Positions 10,531-19,553 of a DNA stretch of 53,124 bases are shown one piece after another (position 1 is the stretch's first letter; each line of letters starts with the position of its first letter). Under the pieces are notes generated by a model. That model did not search any database. It was not told where the DNA came from and was given only the letters and a program-made list of their open reading frames with translations. The position numbers and the translations under genes are program-made. This stretch comes from a virus (taxonomy: Duplodnaviria; Caudoviricetes), in IMG/VR virus record IMGVR_UViG_3300023091_000001, positions 1 through 53,124 of that record; one strand, written 5' to 3'.

Positions 10531-10923
10531 TTATCCTCGTAAGTCCTTTACTAAAAATGTCATTTCTGGCACTGACCAGCCTTGTTTAACAAAGTGTTTT
10601 ACCAAAGAATTATGGTCAGTCCACGCTAGTAGGATGTGCATTCCACAGTTTTTAGCGTAAGCTTCTAGAGCGGCGTGCAGCTCATCAATAGCCTTGGCCC
10701 GCAGTTTCAATCCAGACAGCGGATTGGTGATTAACCAGTCGATAATACCCACGTTTTGCTGCCCTTTAATCCCCATCATGGCAATTGGCTCTCCCTCATG
10801 GAAGGCGAGGAGGGCGTATTCGGGATAGGGCTCAACAGCATACCCACTTGATTTATGACCCACTACCCACTTATCCACCTCAGTGTAATCCGATAACTCT
10901 AGGCCAAATTTGCGGATTTCCAT
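10531..10923 (-). CDS. GNAT-fold protein of the virion module (T7 gp13/P22 gp14 position)
   Basis: 130 aa between the nozzle and ejection genes; GNAT-like pattern (WLITNP...AKNCGMHILLAWT..SLVKHFVKQGW). Confidence 0.6.
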   Translation of the reverse strand: MEIRKFGLELSDYTEVDKWVVGHKSSGYAVEPYPEYALLAFHEGEPIAMMGIKGQQNVGIIDWLITNPLSGLKLRAKAIDELHAALEAYAKNCGMHILLAWTDHNSLVKHFVKQGWSVPEMTFLVKDLRG

Positions 10924-13900
10924 TAAGAAACTCCAACCGTTTCCTTGGCTGGCATTAAACGAACATCGCGTTTTACGCCGACCATGACGTTTAGACCACT
11001 TAGAGTAAGCCCCCCACCCGCCGGAACGCCTAAACTGGCATCGTAGCGCTCGCTAAGGGTGATCTGGAAGGACTCGCAGCGCTGTTGTTTTAAAAACACA
11101 CGCCATTGCTCTTTTTGAAGAGGGCCTCCGTAGGTCGTACCGGCACCGTATGGACTTTGGCTGACTCCAGTACCGTAGTAGGGTGAAAAGTTATCAGGCT
11201 GAATAGTGACGCTATGTAAGGGTGACGGGTTGTAGTCGTAAGAAATGTCTATATCCAAAAAGTGGGGCGATAGATATTGACCCAGGAGATAGAAGAAATA
11301 AGCTCGGGTATACCCCTGTAGACCCGCTAAATTTAGCCATGAGGTCGTGAAGCTCATCAAGACTGGACTATCGCCATCTAAAAATAGCCCAGGGGTTTCC
11401 TGGAACACTCGACCAAATGAATCTATGCAGGTGTGTAGGTTCTGGAAGAGAGTGGAGGATAGAGCGGGAACTCCATTGAACGTTCCCCACTGCTGCCAGT
11501 AGTAATCATAAACTAGGGTGACACCGTTATTCAGGGTAAAACGTACCTGATTAGTCCCCGGGATGTTGAGAGCGGTTTCTACAGTAGCTGAATTGTATTT
11601 CTCAATGGCTGCCCCAGTATACTGCGTACTAAGATCTCGACCTAATGTCCAGACGCCCTTATCAGACTGAAACATCAAGCCTGATGGCATAAATACAATA
11701 CTTTCTTGATTCGTACACCCTATTGTGGCAGTTACAAAAAGGGGTTGGCTGTATTGACTATTAGCTCCGGTGTTATCTGGGCCTACACCGTTAATGTAAT
11801 AAATCGCGTTCTTGAAAAAAATGATTAATTTGTCATCTAAAGGAGCTAAAGCTGTAATTGGACCAACGGAGCCCTGGGAGGCAATAGTTGGACTGATGTA
11901 CATGGTGAATAGGTCCGACATTTCAACCGGAGTATTCTCAATTACTTGTTTGCTGTACCAAAGTAGATTTGGATCTTCTGCGTCAACGAGCCAGAGCCTT
12001 GTGTCAAAATGGCTCATGATATTAGTGGCTGGCCCGTTAATATCTTCCACCACTCCGCCATTTGTGTATATTATAGCATTTCCAACTATGCCCCCACTTC
12101 CAGTATCGGGGGACACGTCTAAAAAGGATACCGAGTCTACAGCTGGATTATTCAGTAATGGAGTTATAGGACTGGTCACTTCATAGTATATTTGATTTGC
12201 GATAGACCATCGGTATATTTGTATTATAACTGGTGAGTCAGTCTTGTAGGTTAGCCTTAACGTTGGAACATTAACAGTTACACTGCCGTGTGCACTAGAA
12301 TCGCTTCCCAAAGTTATTGGGACTGGAATAGAAGGGGCACTACGAAATGTATTGCCTTGGTTGTCTGTCCAAGAATAAATCACTTGATAATAATACGATG
12401 GCTGCCCAGATACCCAACCCGAAGGATTAGCTATTAGGAATCCGCCAGTATCGTGCCAAGTACACTCAACACTATCAGGCCATAGGAAAAAGCCATTTTC
12501 CACAACTTGGTAACCGTCGTATAGTCCTAAGAATCCACCGGACAGGTTTAGGTTATTACCCATTTCCACTGTGTCAATATTTTGCGTGCTCAAGGTGAAC
12601 GAGGCTAGATTTATGCCAGTCTGCGAGTACACGGCCACACTCGTTGTTTGTTCCGGGTTGTCTAACGTAGCTAACGGCTCGACTAGGTCTTTGTACAAGT
12701 ACGCAACTTGAGCGGTATTTTCAGTAACGGTTACACTAGGAAGACCTGTAGTTAAATAACCACCGCCGTTTTCATAAGCCAGTTTCGCTACCACTACGGG
12801 AGCTATTTCTGTAGACACGCTGCCATTGATCAGAAAGTAAGACGGCTGATAGGGACTCTGAAATGCTGCTAAAAAGTATTCTACCCCATTTACAATAAAC
12901 GCTTTACTGGCTAAACCAACTCCACGAACAACTACTCCTATCACAGCTGTTGTCGCTGTTGTGGGAGATGTGATAGTAACAGACGCCGATTGAACATAAT
13001 TAGTGGGAATGGTAGCGTCATACCCATAGTTATTTAGCACTTCGTAAAATAACGTTTCAGCACCATTCTGTGCACACGAAGTTAAATTCGCTATGGGGAT
13101 ATTGTTTATCGTGAGCAGTGGAGCCACTACGACAGTTAGATTCTGATTAAGTATAGCTGTGTATCCAAGATGCCCGCTTGTAGTGTACCAGTTCACATAT
13201 ATTCTAGGATGAACTGGATCAGTCACATCAGCGCATACCGACATGAGAGTGGCTAGATATCCAGTAATGGGGACAGGGGCCGAAACTGTCAACGTAGGTA
13301 GTATAGATACAACATAAACCGAATTTCCTCCCGCAGTTGAACTGTATGCTACATATAATGTTGAAGATTGCGATGACGCGACATTAATGACAACACCATC
13401 CCACGAAAGATCGGGATTAGCATTATAAGCGCTTGATACTAATGTTCTAGGCGCTGTTACAACTGTAGGATTAACTGCACTCACAGTGATAAACTGTAAA
13501 TGGGAGGCAGAGCTTATCACTTCAGTGAACATTATAACAAATAATGAGCTCAATAAAAATACTCTAGGACTCCCGATAACGGCGCCCCCTGCGCCGATCC
13601 CAACAATGACAGTGGGAGTTACAATGTTTTGACCCGTTACAGAATCAATGATTGCGTATTTGTAGTCAGTAGACACACCCGTTGTCTCGGTATAAACTAT
13701 ACATGAAAGTCCACTCGGAGCTGTGACAGAGTCGCATTGAGTTTGATTTAGGCTATTACGAATTATGGGTATTGTCGAGACCCCTACTGGCTGGATAGAA
13801 CCTTTTGAGACCCATTGTGCTGTATCTGCCGAGTATGCCGCTATAGATTCTCCGATTGCGGTTAGGTCGTTGTTGAATGTGGTTACATACGGAAAATTGC

Positions 13901-14075
13901 TAGAGGGTAGAGCGGCTAAATTCTTATATCCATTTCTTTTAGTAAGACGGCCTCCAGTAGTAAAAACTGAATTACTTAAAGCAAGAAAATTACCGACTGG
14001 AACTTGCCAAGGGTCATCCTTCAGATTTAGCCCTTTTGAAAAGTTAATATTTACACTTTGACGTTGTAAGCTCAT
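10923..14075 (-). CDS. Tail nozzle / tail tubular protein B-like
   Basis: 1050 aa, beta-rich; N-terminal INFSKGLNLK..DP..GRLTKRNG; position in the tail module. Confidence 0.75.
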   Translation of the reverse strand: MSLQRQSVNINFSKGLNLKDDPWQVPVGNFLALSNSVFTTGGRLTKRNGYKNLAALPSSNFPYVTTFNNDLTAIGESIAAYSADTAQWVSKGSIQPVGVSTIPIIRNSLNQTQCDSVTAPSGLSCIVYTETTGVSTDYKYAIIDSVTGQNIVTPTVIVGIGAGGAVIGSPRVFLLSSLFVIMFTEVISSASHLQFITVSAVNPTVVTAPRTLVSSAYNANPDLSWDGVVINVASSQSSTLYVAYSSTAGGNSVYVVSILPTLTVSAPVPITGYLATLMSVCADVTDPVHPRIYVNWYTTSGHLGYTAILNQNLTVVVAPLLTINNIPIANLTSCAQNGAETLFYEVLNNYGYDATIPTNYVQSASVTITSPTTATTAVIGVVVRGVGLASKAFIVNGVEYFLAAFQSPYQPSYFLINGSVSTEIAPVVVAKLAYENGGGYLTTGLPSVTVTENTAQVAYLYKDLVEPLATLDNPEQTTSVAVYSQTGINLASFTLSTQNIDTVEMGNNLNLSGGFLGLYDGYQVVENGFFLWPDSVECTWHDTGGFLIANPSGWVSGQPSYYYQVIYSWTDNQGNTFRSAPSIPVPITLGSDSSAHGSVTVNVPTLRLTYKTDSPVIIQIYRWSIANQIYYEVTSPITPLLNNPAVDSVSFLDVSPDTGSGGIVGNAIIYTNGGVVEDINGPATNIMSHFDTRLWLVDAEDPNLLWYSKQVIENTPVEMSDLFTMYISPTIASQGSVGPITALAPLDDKLIIFFKNAIYYINGVGPDNTGANSQYSQPLFVTATIGCTNQESIVFMPSGLMFQSDKGVWTLGRDLSTQYTGAAIEKYNSATVETALNIPGTNQVRFTLNNGVTLVYDYYWQQWGTFNGVPALSSTLFQNLHTCIDSFGRVFQETPGLFLDGDSPVLMSFTTSWLNLAGLQGYTRAYFFYLLGQYLSPHFLDIDISYDYNPSPLHSVTIQPDNFSPYYGTGVSQSPYGAGTTYGGPLQKEQWRVFLKQQRCESFQITLSERYDASLGVPAGGGLTLSGLNVMVGVKRDVRLMPAKETVGVS

Positions 14076-15190
14076 GTAGGAATAGCTCCTATTGCCATGA
14101 ATGAAAAGGGTGCGTCAACGGGATATCCTTCGAACACTCCGGGGGAACTGTGCCAAGCTGAACCTTGTGTATAAATCGTGAATGTTGAAGCGCCTGTGAT
14201 GAGTACGCGAATGTAGTAAGTTACCGAAGCATCAGACGTGTCTATCATGGCCACTACCGTTGGAAGCCAGCTGGGAGACGCTGAATCACTAAGCTGGAAA
14301 TCGTATCTTCCGCTACCATTTACGTGACTGAAATACGCAACCCCGCCATTTATTACTAAATTCTCCCCATCACATCTGCCAAACTGTAATTCAGTACGAG
14401 TTCCAATAGAGGTCGTGCTGGCTACGGGAAAAGCCCCATTAATTATTGTAGTTGTGCCGGGGAGATTACTATTGGGACTCACCTGAGACCCGGTCAAAGT
14501 ACCGGGTACAATAGTTGCCGAAGTAATAGTACCAGGGGCAATATTAGATCCTAGTATTCCCCCTAGCGTTGAGTACGAACCAGTTATGTTCCCAACAGTA
14601 TCTAAAGTTAAGAAAGCTGAAGATCCAACTACTGGTGGCGGGAGATACAAATTATAGCCTGGCGCAAGAATTGGGTTTGGCGGGGTTAGGGTCAAGAGAT
14701 GGGTTCCAACAACTGCATTTCCTAAGATTAAAGACGCGCCTTCGATAGACGTTAACACAGAGGGAGACGACGTTACAACAAGCTGAGCACTAGAAAAACT
14801 GGCATTAGCTGTGCCACTAAAGACTCCAGTGGAGGTTACATTAAGACTGTGACTTGCGGTAATCCGTACAATTTGGTTTGAGCCATCACGGTAGTATAAA
14901 TCTATTCCTTCCACGTAGAGACAGCCTACATCCGCTGTTCCAGGAGTAAATGAACTGGGTTGTGGAGAAAACCGAGCAGTGCGAACCGTAGTTATATTAT
15001 TTTCATTCAACGGCCAATCAACATTTATCAGAAGTCCGGCTATTGGTACGGGTTCTCCCAACCCTGGCACGTGGTTATGGCGGTCAACTGTTAAAAAATT
15101 GGAGTTCAACTCGAAAGCCCAAATGGGTCCGATCTCCGTCCCTATTCTCGGGCTTGTCAAATTCATATGTGGAGTAGAAGTGCTAGCCAT
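14072..15190 (-). CDS. Tail needle/fibre-like protein, paralog B
   Basis: Extensive similarity to 15190..16290 (PxMNLT, HNH, TARFSPQ, DVGCLYV, ITASHSL, FGRCDG). Confidence 0.7.
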   Translation of the reverse strand: MASTSTPHMNLTSPRIGTEIGPIWAFELNSNFLTVDRHNHVPGLGEPVPIAGLLINVDWPLNENNITTVRTARFSPQPSSFTPGTADVGCLYVEGIDLYYRDGSNQIVRITASHSLNVTSTGVFSGTANASFSSAQLVVTSSPSVLTSIEGASLILGNAVVGTHLLTLTPPNPILAPGYNLYLPPPVVGSSAFLTLDTVGNITGSYSTLGGILGSNIAPGTITSATIVPGTLTGSQVSPNSNLPGTTTIINGAFPVASTTSIGTRTELQFGRCDGENLVINGGVAYFSHVNGSGRYDFQLSDSASPSWLPTVVAMIDTSDASVTYYIRVLITGASTFTIYTQGSAWHSSPGVFEGYPVDAPFSFMAIGAIPT

Positions 15191-16290
15191 TACGCTTGTG
15201 CCCCTATCGCTATGAATGAAAAACCCAGATTAGTTGGAGTTGCGGTATTGACCCCCACCGCTGCATAAGAAGTGTAAAATGTAATCTGATTGGTTCCTGA
15301 GACAATCGCTCTCACATTATACAAATTACCGTCAGCTGATGCATTAACCGTAGTTGTGACCGTTGGAGTCCACCCAGCAGCAAATGCATCCGCAAGGGTT
15401 ACAGTGTACACTCCAGTAGATGGATGAGTAAACGTAGAGACTCCGCCATTTATCACTAGACTATTTCCATCGCACCTACCAAACAATACCTCCGTACTCT
15501 TGCCTATGGAGGTTGTACCAACTACGGGAAAAGCCCCATTAATTGTTGTAGTGCTTCCCGGCAAATTGATATTGCTTTGAAACTGTGTTCCAGTAAGGGT
15601 TCCAGGGACAATGTTAGAAGCGGATATTGTGTTTGTGGCTATGTTTGTCCCGGTAATGCCTCCGGCAGTCGAAACTGTTCCAGATATATTGCCTGATGAA
15701 TCTAAAGTTAGAAAAAATGGAACTCCTGTCACGGGAAGAGGTAGTGTTAGTGTATATCCTGGTGCGGGAATCGGATTTGGGGGCGCGAGAGTTACATAAT
15801 TTGTGCCTGCAACGGGGTTTCCCATGATTACCGCAGCGACCTGCAGGTTGGCGGGAGTAGAAACGTTTGAGTTTACGACAAATACGCCCCCAGAAAAACT
15901 TGCTGTAGCGGTACCGCTAACGATTCCCGTGGAAGTCACGTCCAGACTGTGCGATGCAGTGATTGGGATTATCGAACCTCCACCGTCTACGTAGTACAGG
16001 TCAATCCCAGCGACATAAAGACACCCAACATCTGAAACTCCTGGAGTAAATGAAGAGAGCTGAGGTGAAAACCTAACTGTACGGGCGGTGGTAAGATTGT
16101 TGTCGTTGAGAGGTAAGTCGGAATTTAAAAGAAGCCCGGTAATGGGAACTAATGCACCCTGACCTACTGTGTGGTTATGGCTATCAATAGCTAAAAGATC
16201 GGCATTGATGTCCGTAGCCCACGCCGGGCCTTGCTCCACACCCACCGTGGGGATGGTCAGGTTCATATAAGGGGAGATCGTAAAAGCCAT
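15190..16290 (-). CDS. Tail needle/fibre-like protein, paralog A
   Basis: Tandem paralog of 14072..15190; T/G/S-rich. Confidence 0.7.
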   Translation of the reverse strand: MAFTISPYMNLTIPTVGVEQGPAWATDINADLLAIDSHNHTVGQGALVPITGLLLNSDLPLNDNNLTTARTVRFSPQLSSFTPGVSDVGCLYVAGIDLYYVDGGGSIIPITASHSLDVTSTGIVSGTATASFSGGVFVVNSNVSTPANLQVAAVIMGNPVAGTNYVTLAPPNPIPAPGYTLTLPLPVTGVPFFLTLDSSGNISGTVSTAGGITGTNIATNTISASNIVPGTLTGTQFQSNINLPGSTTTINGAFPVVGTTSIGKSTEVLFGRCDGNSLVINGGVSTFTHPSTGVYTVTLADAFAAGWTPTVTTTVNASADGNLYNVRAIVSGTNQITFYTSYAAVGVNTATPTNLGFSFIAIGAQA

Positions 16291-16592
16291 TAGAAAACTC
16301 CTAAGTTAATCGTCACGGCGGCTGAACTAGTAAGAGTTAGAGTAGTGCTATTCATCGGAGCTGAACGATAAATAGTTGCCATACCCTGAATATCTGTGAC
16401 AAACCAGCCTTGCATTTGCTGACCCAACTTGTGATTAATTACGTTTGGGCCTACTGCCAGTTGTATGTTGGGAATTATGTTAACCCCTAACATAGGCTGA
16501 GCTAGCGCAGGGTTGAGCATTGAACGCCAATGAGTTGATAGATTGTTTAAATCTGGGCAGGTTGCAGAATGAATGTCTGGCAATTGAGCCAT
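16290..16592 (-). CDS. Small virion protein
   Basis: 100 aa, abuts both neighbours; INHKLG motif typical of small tail proteins. Confidence 0.65.
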   Translation of the reverse strand: MAQLPDIHSATCPDLNNLSTHWRSMLNPALAQPMLGVNIIPNIQLAVGPNVINHKLGQQMQGWFVTDIQGMATIYRSAPMNSTTLTLTSSAAVTINLGVF

Positions 16593-17648
16593 TTAATACC
16601 CCGCATTTGGACCATCACCTTGTCCACCAGCACCGTAAGCCCCAAACTTCTCAGATTGTGAACGCACATCTGAGATTGTATCGGGTTGCGATGCGTCACG
16701 ATTCATCGCTGAGTCCTCGATACGCACGAGCAGAGCTGCTTTTTGCTGCATCAGTAAACTGCAATCGCATTCTTCTTTTTGCATTGCTTTGATAGCCGCG
16801 TCTACGATTACATATTCGCTCCAACCGCAGAAAAAATCTTGAGTATCCGTGTCAGCCAGCATTTCGACAAGCCTTGGGATATACCACACACGGATGTGCT
16901 GATTGGCGGCTGGCACGGGAATAAACCTAAGATTATTTCCCATGAGCCGATATTGCATGTTGTAGACGCCTAAAAATGTGCTCGTAATGTTGGGATAGAC
17001 GTAGCGGTTACGCGCGATGAAATCAAACTTTTTGATTGTCACGTAGGCTTGTCCGGGACCAGTACTTTGAGCGCTAAGACCGCAGTCTACTCCCAACAGT
17101 TTCTGAAAGGCTGGAAGAGGATTTCCATCTAGGTCTAGAAAAGCTGAGGTGCCGTCTGGTAGGCGGTAGTAATCCTTGCTACCGTTTGTTAAGAAAATCC
17201 AAGGGGGCGCCATGAAATAGTCTTCGTAGCAGGTTATGAGAAGATCGTACAATTCGTGACAGCTTTGGTTTATGTAGCTGTTCCATTCTGGGGTGGTTAT
17301 GAAGTTAGAGTTGACTAAATCTGCGCGTTGCTGAGAAGCTGTCCGGAGCTGGAGGAGAGACATCTTTCCGGTACCTGTGGGGATAGCGGTCTGAGGAGTG
17401 GAGTAAACGCTCACATTGGCACTAGCGTCTACTGAAGCCACGCTGTAGTAATATTGTGTATCGACTATGGCTGAAGTGTCTAGGTAGGATAAAGCTGTCG
17501 TGTTGAATGTGGAAAGGGCAATCGTGCTCATGGAGGGGCTAACATCGCGCTGAACGTTGTAAGAGACCGCTCCAGCCAGGTAATTCCAGGATACGAGCAC
17601 ATTTCCATTTGCTTGCTGGAGGAGAACGTTTGTCGGCGTCGCAGCCAT
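16593..17648 (-). CDS. Head-tail adaptor (tail tubular protein A-like) with N-terminal FN3/Ig-like domain
   Basis: Residues 1-95 resemble FN3 (VSW..GAVSYNVQR..YLDT..YYYSVASVD). The remainder has an adaptor pattern (LLQLR..QRAD..YINQS..Y.LP..RVWYIP). GAGGTG RBS. Confidence 0.75.
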   Translation of the reverse strand: MAATPTNVLLQQANGNVLVSWNYLAGAVSYNVQRDVSPSMSTIALSTFNTTALSYLDTSAIVDTQYYYSVASVDASANVSVYSTPQTAIPTGTGKMSLLQLRTASQQRADLVNSNFITTPEWNSYINQSCHELYDLLITCYEDYFMAPPWIFLTNGSKDYYRLPDGTSAFLDLDGNPLPAFQKLLGVDCGLSAQSTGPGQAYVTIKKFDFIARNRYVYPNITSTFLGVYNMQYRLMGNNLRFIPVPAANQHIRVWYIPRLVEMLADTDTQDFFCGWSEYVIVDAAIKAMQKEECDCSLLMQQKAALLVRIEDSAMNRDASQPDTISDVRSQSEKFGAYGAGGQGDGPNAGY

Positions 17649-17716
17649 CACTCACCTCAATGGCGGGACGGGCGAGGCTTGGAGGAGGTGCCCCGCCCGT
17701 GTTAGGGGAAAATAAA

Positions 17717-18301
17717 TTATTCGCCTTTACCCTTTACTGAGCTATTGCGCAGCATGGCGTCAAAACCAACCGTGGAGCCGGAAGCAGGGTCAGTCTGTGA
17801 TCCGGCAGCATTCAAAAACTGGAACATGACATAGGGGGCAACAGCCTGTCCGATGGACGGGTTCGGGTCTCCTATCATTTCTGTGACAAAAATACCAGTG
17901 GTTCCAATACCGTAGCAAGAGCCTGTTCCCGCTGCAGTGGTTCCAGTTGCCACAAAAGACATGCCCTGAGCAGCGACCACACCTGCCGGAAGACCAATTG
18001 CGTTCCAATTAGTATTGCCGGGATTGGTGATGACGTAAGCAGTGCCAGTGACAACCGTGTTAGCGTACTTAATCACACCAGCAAGAGGCGCCACGAGTCC
18101 AACTGTGCCTTGCAGATAACGATTGTATTCATCTGTAAAATCAACGCGATATATTCCTGTAGCTAGGTGTTCTACGTTTTTAATACCAGAGCCTTTTACG
18201 TTACTCACGGCACCTGCGGAGCCGACCTGAAAGGAGCCTTGAATGTACGTGAGGGCTGGGTTGAGGGAGAATGTGAATTGATAGAATCGGCGATTAGCCA
18301 T
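17717..18301 (-). CDS. Capsid decoration/cement-like protein
   Basis: 194 aa, G/T/A-rich, downstream of the MCP gene. Confidence 0.55.
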   Translation of the reverse strand: MANRRFYQFTFSLNPALTYIQGSFQVGSAGAVSNVKGSGIKNVEHLATGIYRVDFTDEYNRYLQGTVGLVAPLAGVIKYANTVVTGTAYVITNPGNTNWNAIGLPAGVVAAQGMSFVATGTTAAGTGSCYGIGTTGIFVTEMIGDPNPSIGQAVAPYVMFQFLNAAGSQTDPASGSTVGFDAMLRNSSVKGKGE

Positions 18302-18420
18302 GATTTACTCTCGATTGTTTATGAATGATTTCATTCACTTCGTTTAGCGGCTTAGTTTCCCGAGACTTTCCCGGGCTTAGTTTCCGCTTTCCACTTAAGG
18401 CAATCAAGAGTGCGGGGAAG

Positions 18421-19047
18421 CTATTTTTTTGTGTACTCTATAGCTTTGTCGCGTGTTTTAGGATTATCGAGAATTGCGATAGCTCGGTTGCAGCCATGGC
18501 AGAGTAGCCCACGAACCCGACCAGTTTTGTGATCGTGATCTACAAAGAGACCCCATTTACCTCTTGGGGGTCCTCCACAAATAGCGCATACTCCTTTTTG
18601 TTCATAAAGCATTTTAGAAAAATCGGCTGGTGTAAGCTTGTACTTTTGAAATCTCATCTTCTGGTAATTTTTGTGATTGTAAGACCTCATTTTTGCAATA
18701 TAGTGTTCACGATTTAACTCACGCCACTTACCCGTTGTTGCGTTTTTACAGTATTTGCACGTGTTCCTATGCCCGTCCGACATTCCGTAATCTCGATAAA
18801 AATTAATCATAGGTTGAGGATTGGATTGAGTACACCTAGGGTTAGTACAATTTTTTTCAGTTCTTTTTGCTTCAACAAAACCTTCATTAAACGCTTTGCG
18901 TAAGTTATCTCTTCTGTTTTTTTGCTGGGCTGCTTTACAGTATTTGCATTGACTCTGCAAACCGCTCTGGTTTCTTCTGTCAGATAAAAAATTAGTTTCT
19001 GATTGCGGATTTAGCTGATTGCAGTTCTTGTTACTACAGGTCTTCAT
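18421..19047 (-). CDS. Free-standing EndoVII-family homing endonuclease
   Basis: C-terminal QKGVCAIC..VDHDHKTGRVRGLLCHGCNRAI. Two tandem Zn modules (CSNKNC..CKYC and CTNPRC..CKYC). Start placed at MKTCS, after GGAGGT. Confidence 0.9.
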   Translation of the reverse strand: MKTCSNKNCNQLNPQSETNFLSDRRNQSGLQSQCKYCKAAQQKNRRDNLRKAFNEGFVEAKRTEKNCTNPRCTQSNPQPMINFYRDYGMSDGHRNTCKYCKNATTGKWRELNREHYIAKMRSYNHKNYQKMRFQKYKLTPADFSKMLYEQKGVCAICGGPPRGKWGLFVDHDHKTGRVRGLLCHGCNRAIAILDNPKTRDKAIEYTKK

Positions 19048-19115
19048 ATCTAATACCTCCAGAATCAATATAACATAGTCTGCATCACAACACAACCCGG
19101 ATACTCACAATAACC

Positions 19116-19144
19116 AAAAAGGGCTTGATCTTTCGACCAAGCCC
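19116..19144 (-). terminator. Rho-independent terminator after the MCP gene
   Basis: GGGCUUGGUC-GAAA-GAUCAAGCCC followed by UUUUU. Confidence 0.9.
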
Positions 19145-19169
19145 TCTAAGTTGCTTAACTTACTAAAGC

Positions 19170-19232
19170 TTATGCTGATAGTAAGCAGCGTCCGTTCCAA
19201 CCCGGAGCGTTGTTGCAAAGGTTTCCGTAGTA
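19170..19232 (-). CDS. Major capsid protein, exon 3
   Basis: Reads YYGNLCNNAPGWNGRCLLSA* and joins exon 2 in frame (EIRIG|YYGN). Preceded by the intron terminal G. Confidence 0.9.
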   Translation of the reverse strand, partial: YYGNLCNNAPGWNGRCLLSA

Positions 19233-19553
19233 CGTATTTGTTATCATTGAGTTTTTTATCTCAATTTCTTTGGCTTCGACTTTTGCCAAAGTCCAGCATA
19301 CATTTTCAATCTTTCGATTGTCATCCACTCTTGGAGATTTTTTATTCTGTGTAATCACAGTTTCAATCCCTACGCGTTACGCAGCCATCAACCAGTTACA
19401 GTCAATGGTTTGCTCGGTATTAGCATCACAGCTTTCACCGATTTTGGACGATTTTACATCGGCAACTACGGATTTGCGGAAACAGCCTTCCAAGGCTTGC
19501 AATCCATGAGTTACAGTCACAATGCTCGAATCCGATAACTCTATGATATTATT
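19233..19553 (-). ncRNA. Group I intron 2 (321 nt, ORF-less, IA-like)
   Basis: P1 AUCGGU/GCCGAU with U-G at the splice site; P10 UCCGUAGU/ACUACGGA; P AAAUCGGUGAA; Q AAUACCGAGC; P3 UCGUCCA/UGGAUGA; P7 GCGUA/UAUGC; P8 CAAUC-GAAA-GAUUG; ends in G. Confidence 0.92.

Noticed and set aside
14072-16290. Diversity-generating retroelement or shufflon acting on tail genes
   Set aside because: No reverse transcriptase was seen, no adenine-specific TR/VR pair was noticed, and there are no inverted tail cassettes.
12-16973. Numerous + strand ORFs within the structural module (e.g. 12..275, 11812..12186)
   Set aside because: Antisense to long, tightly coupled minus-strand genes and lacking recognisable motifs.
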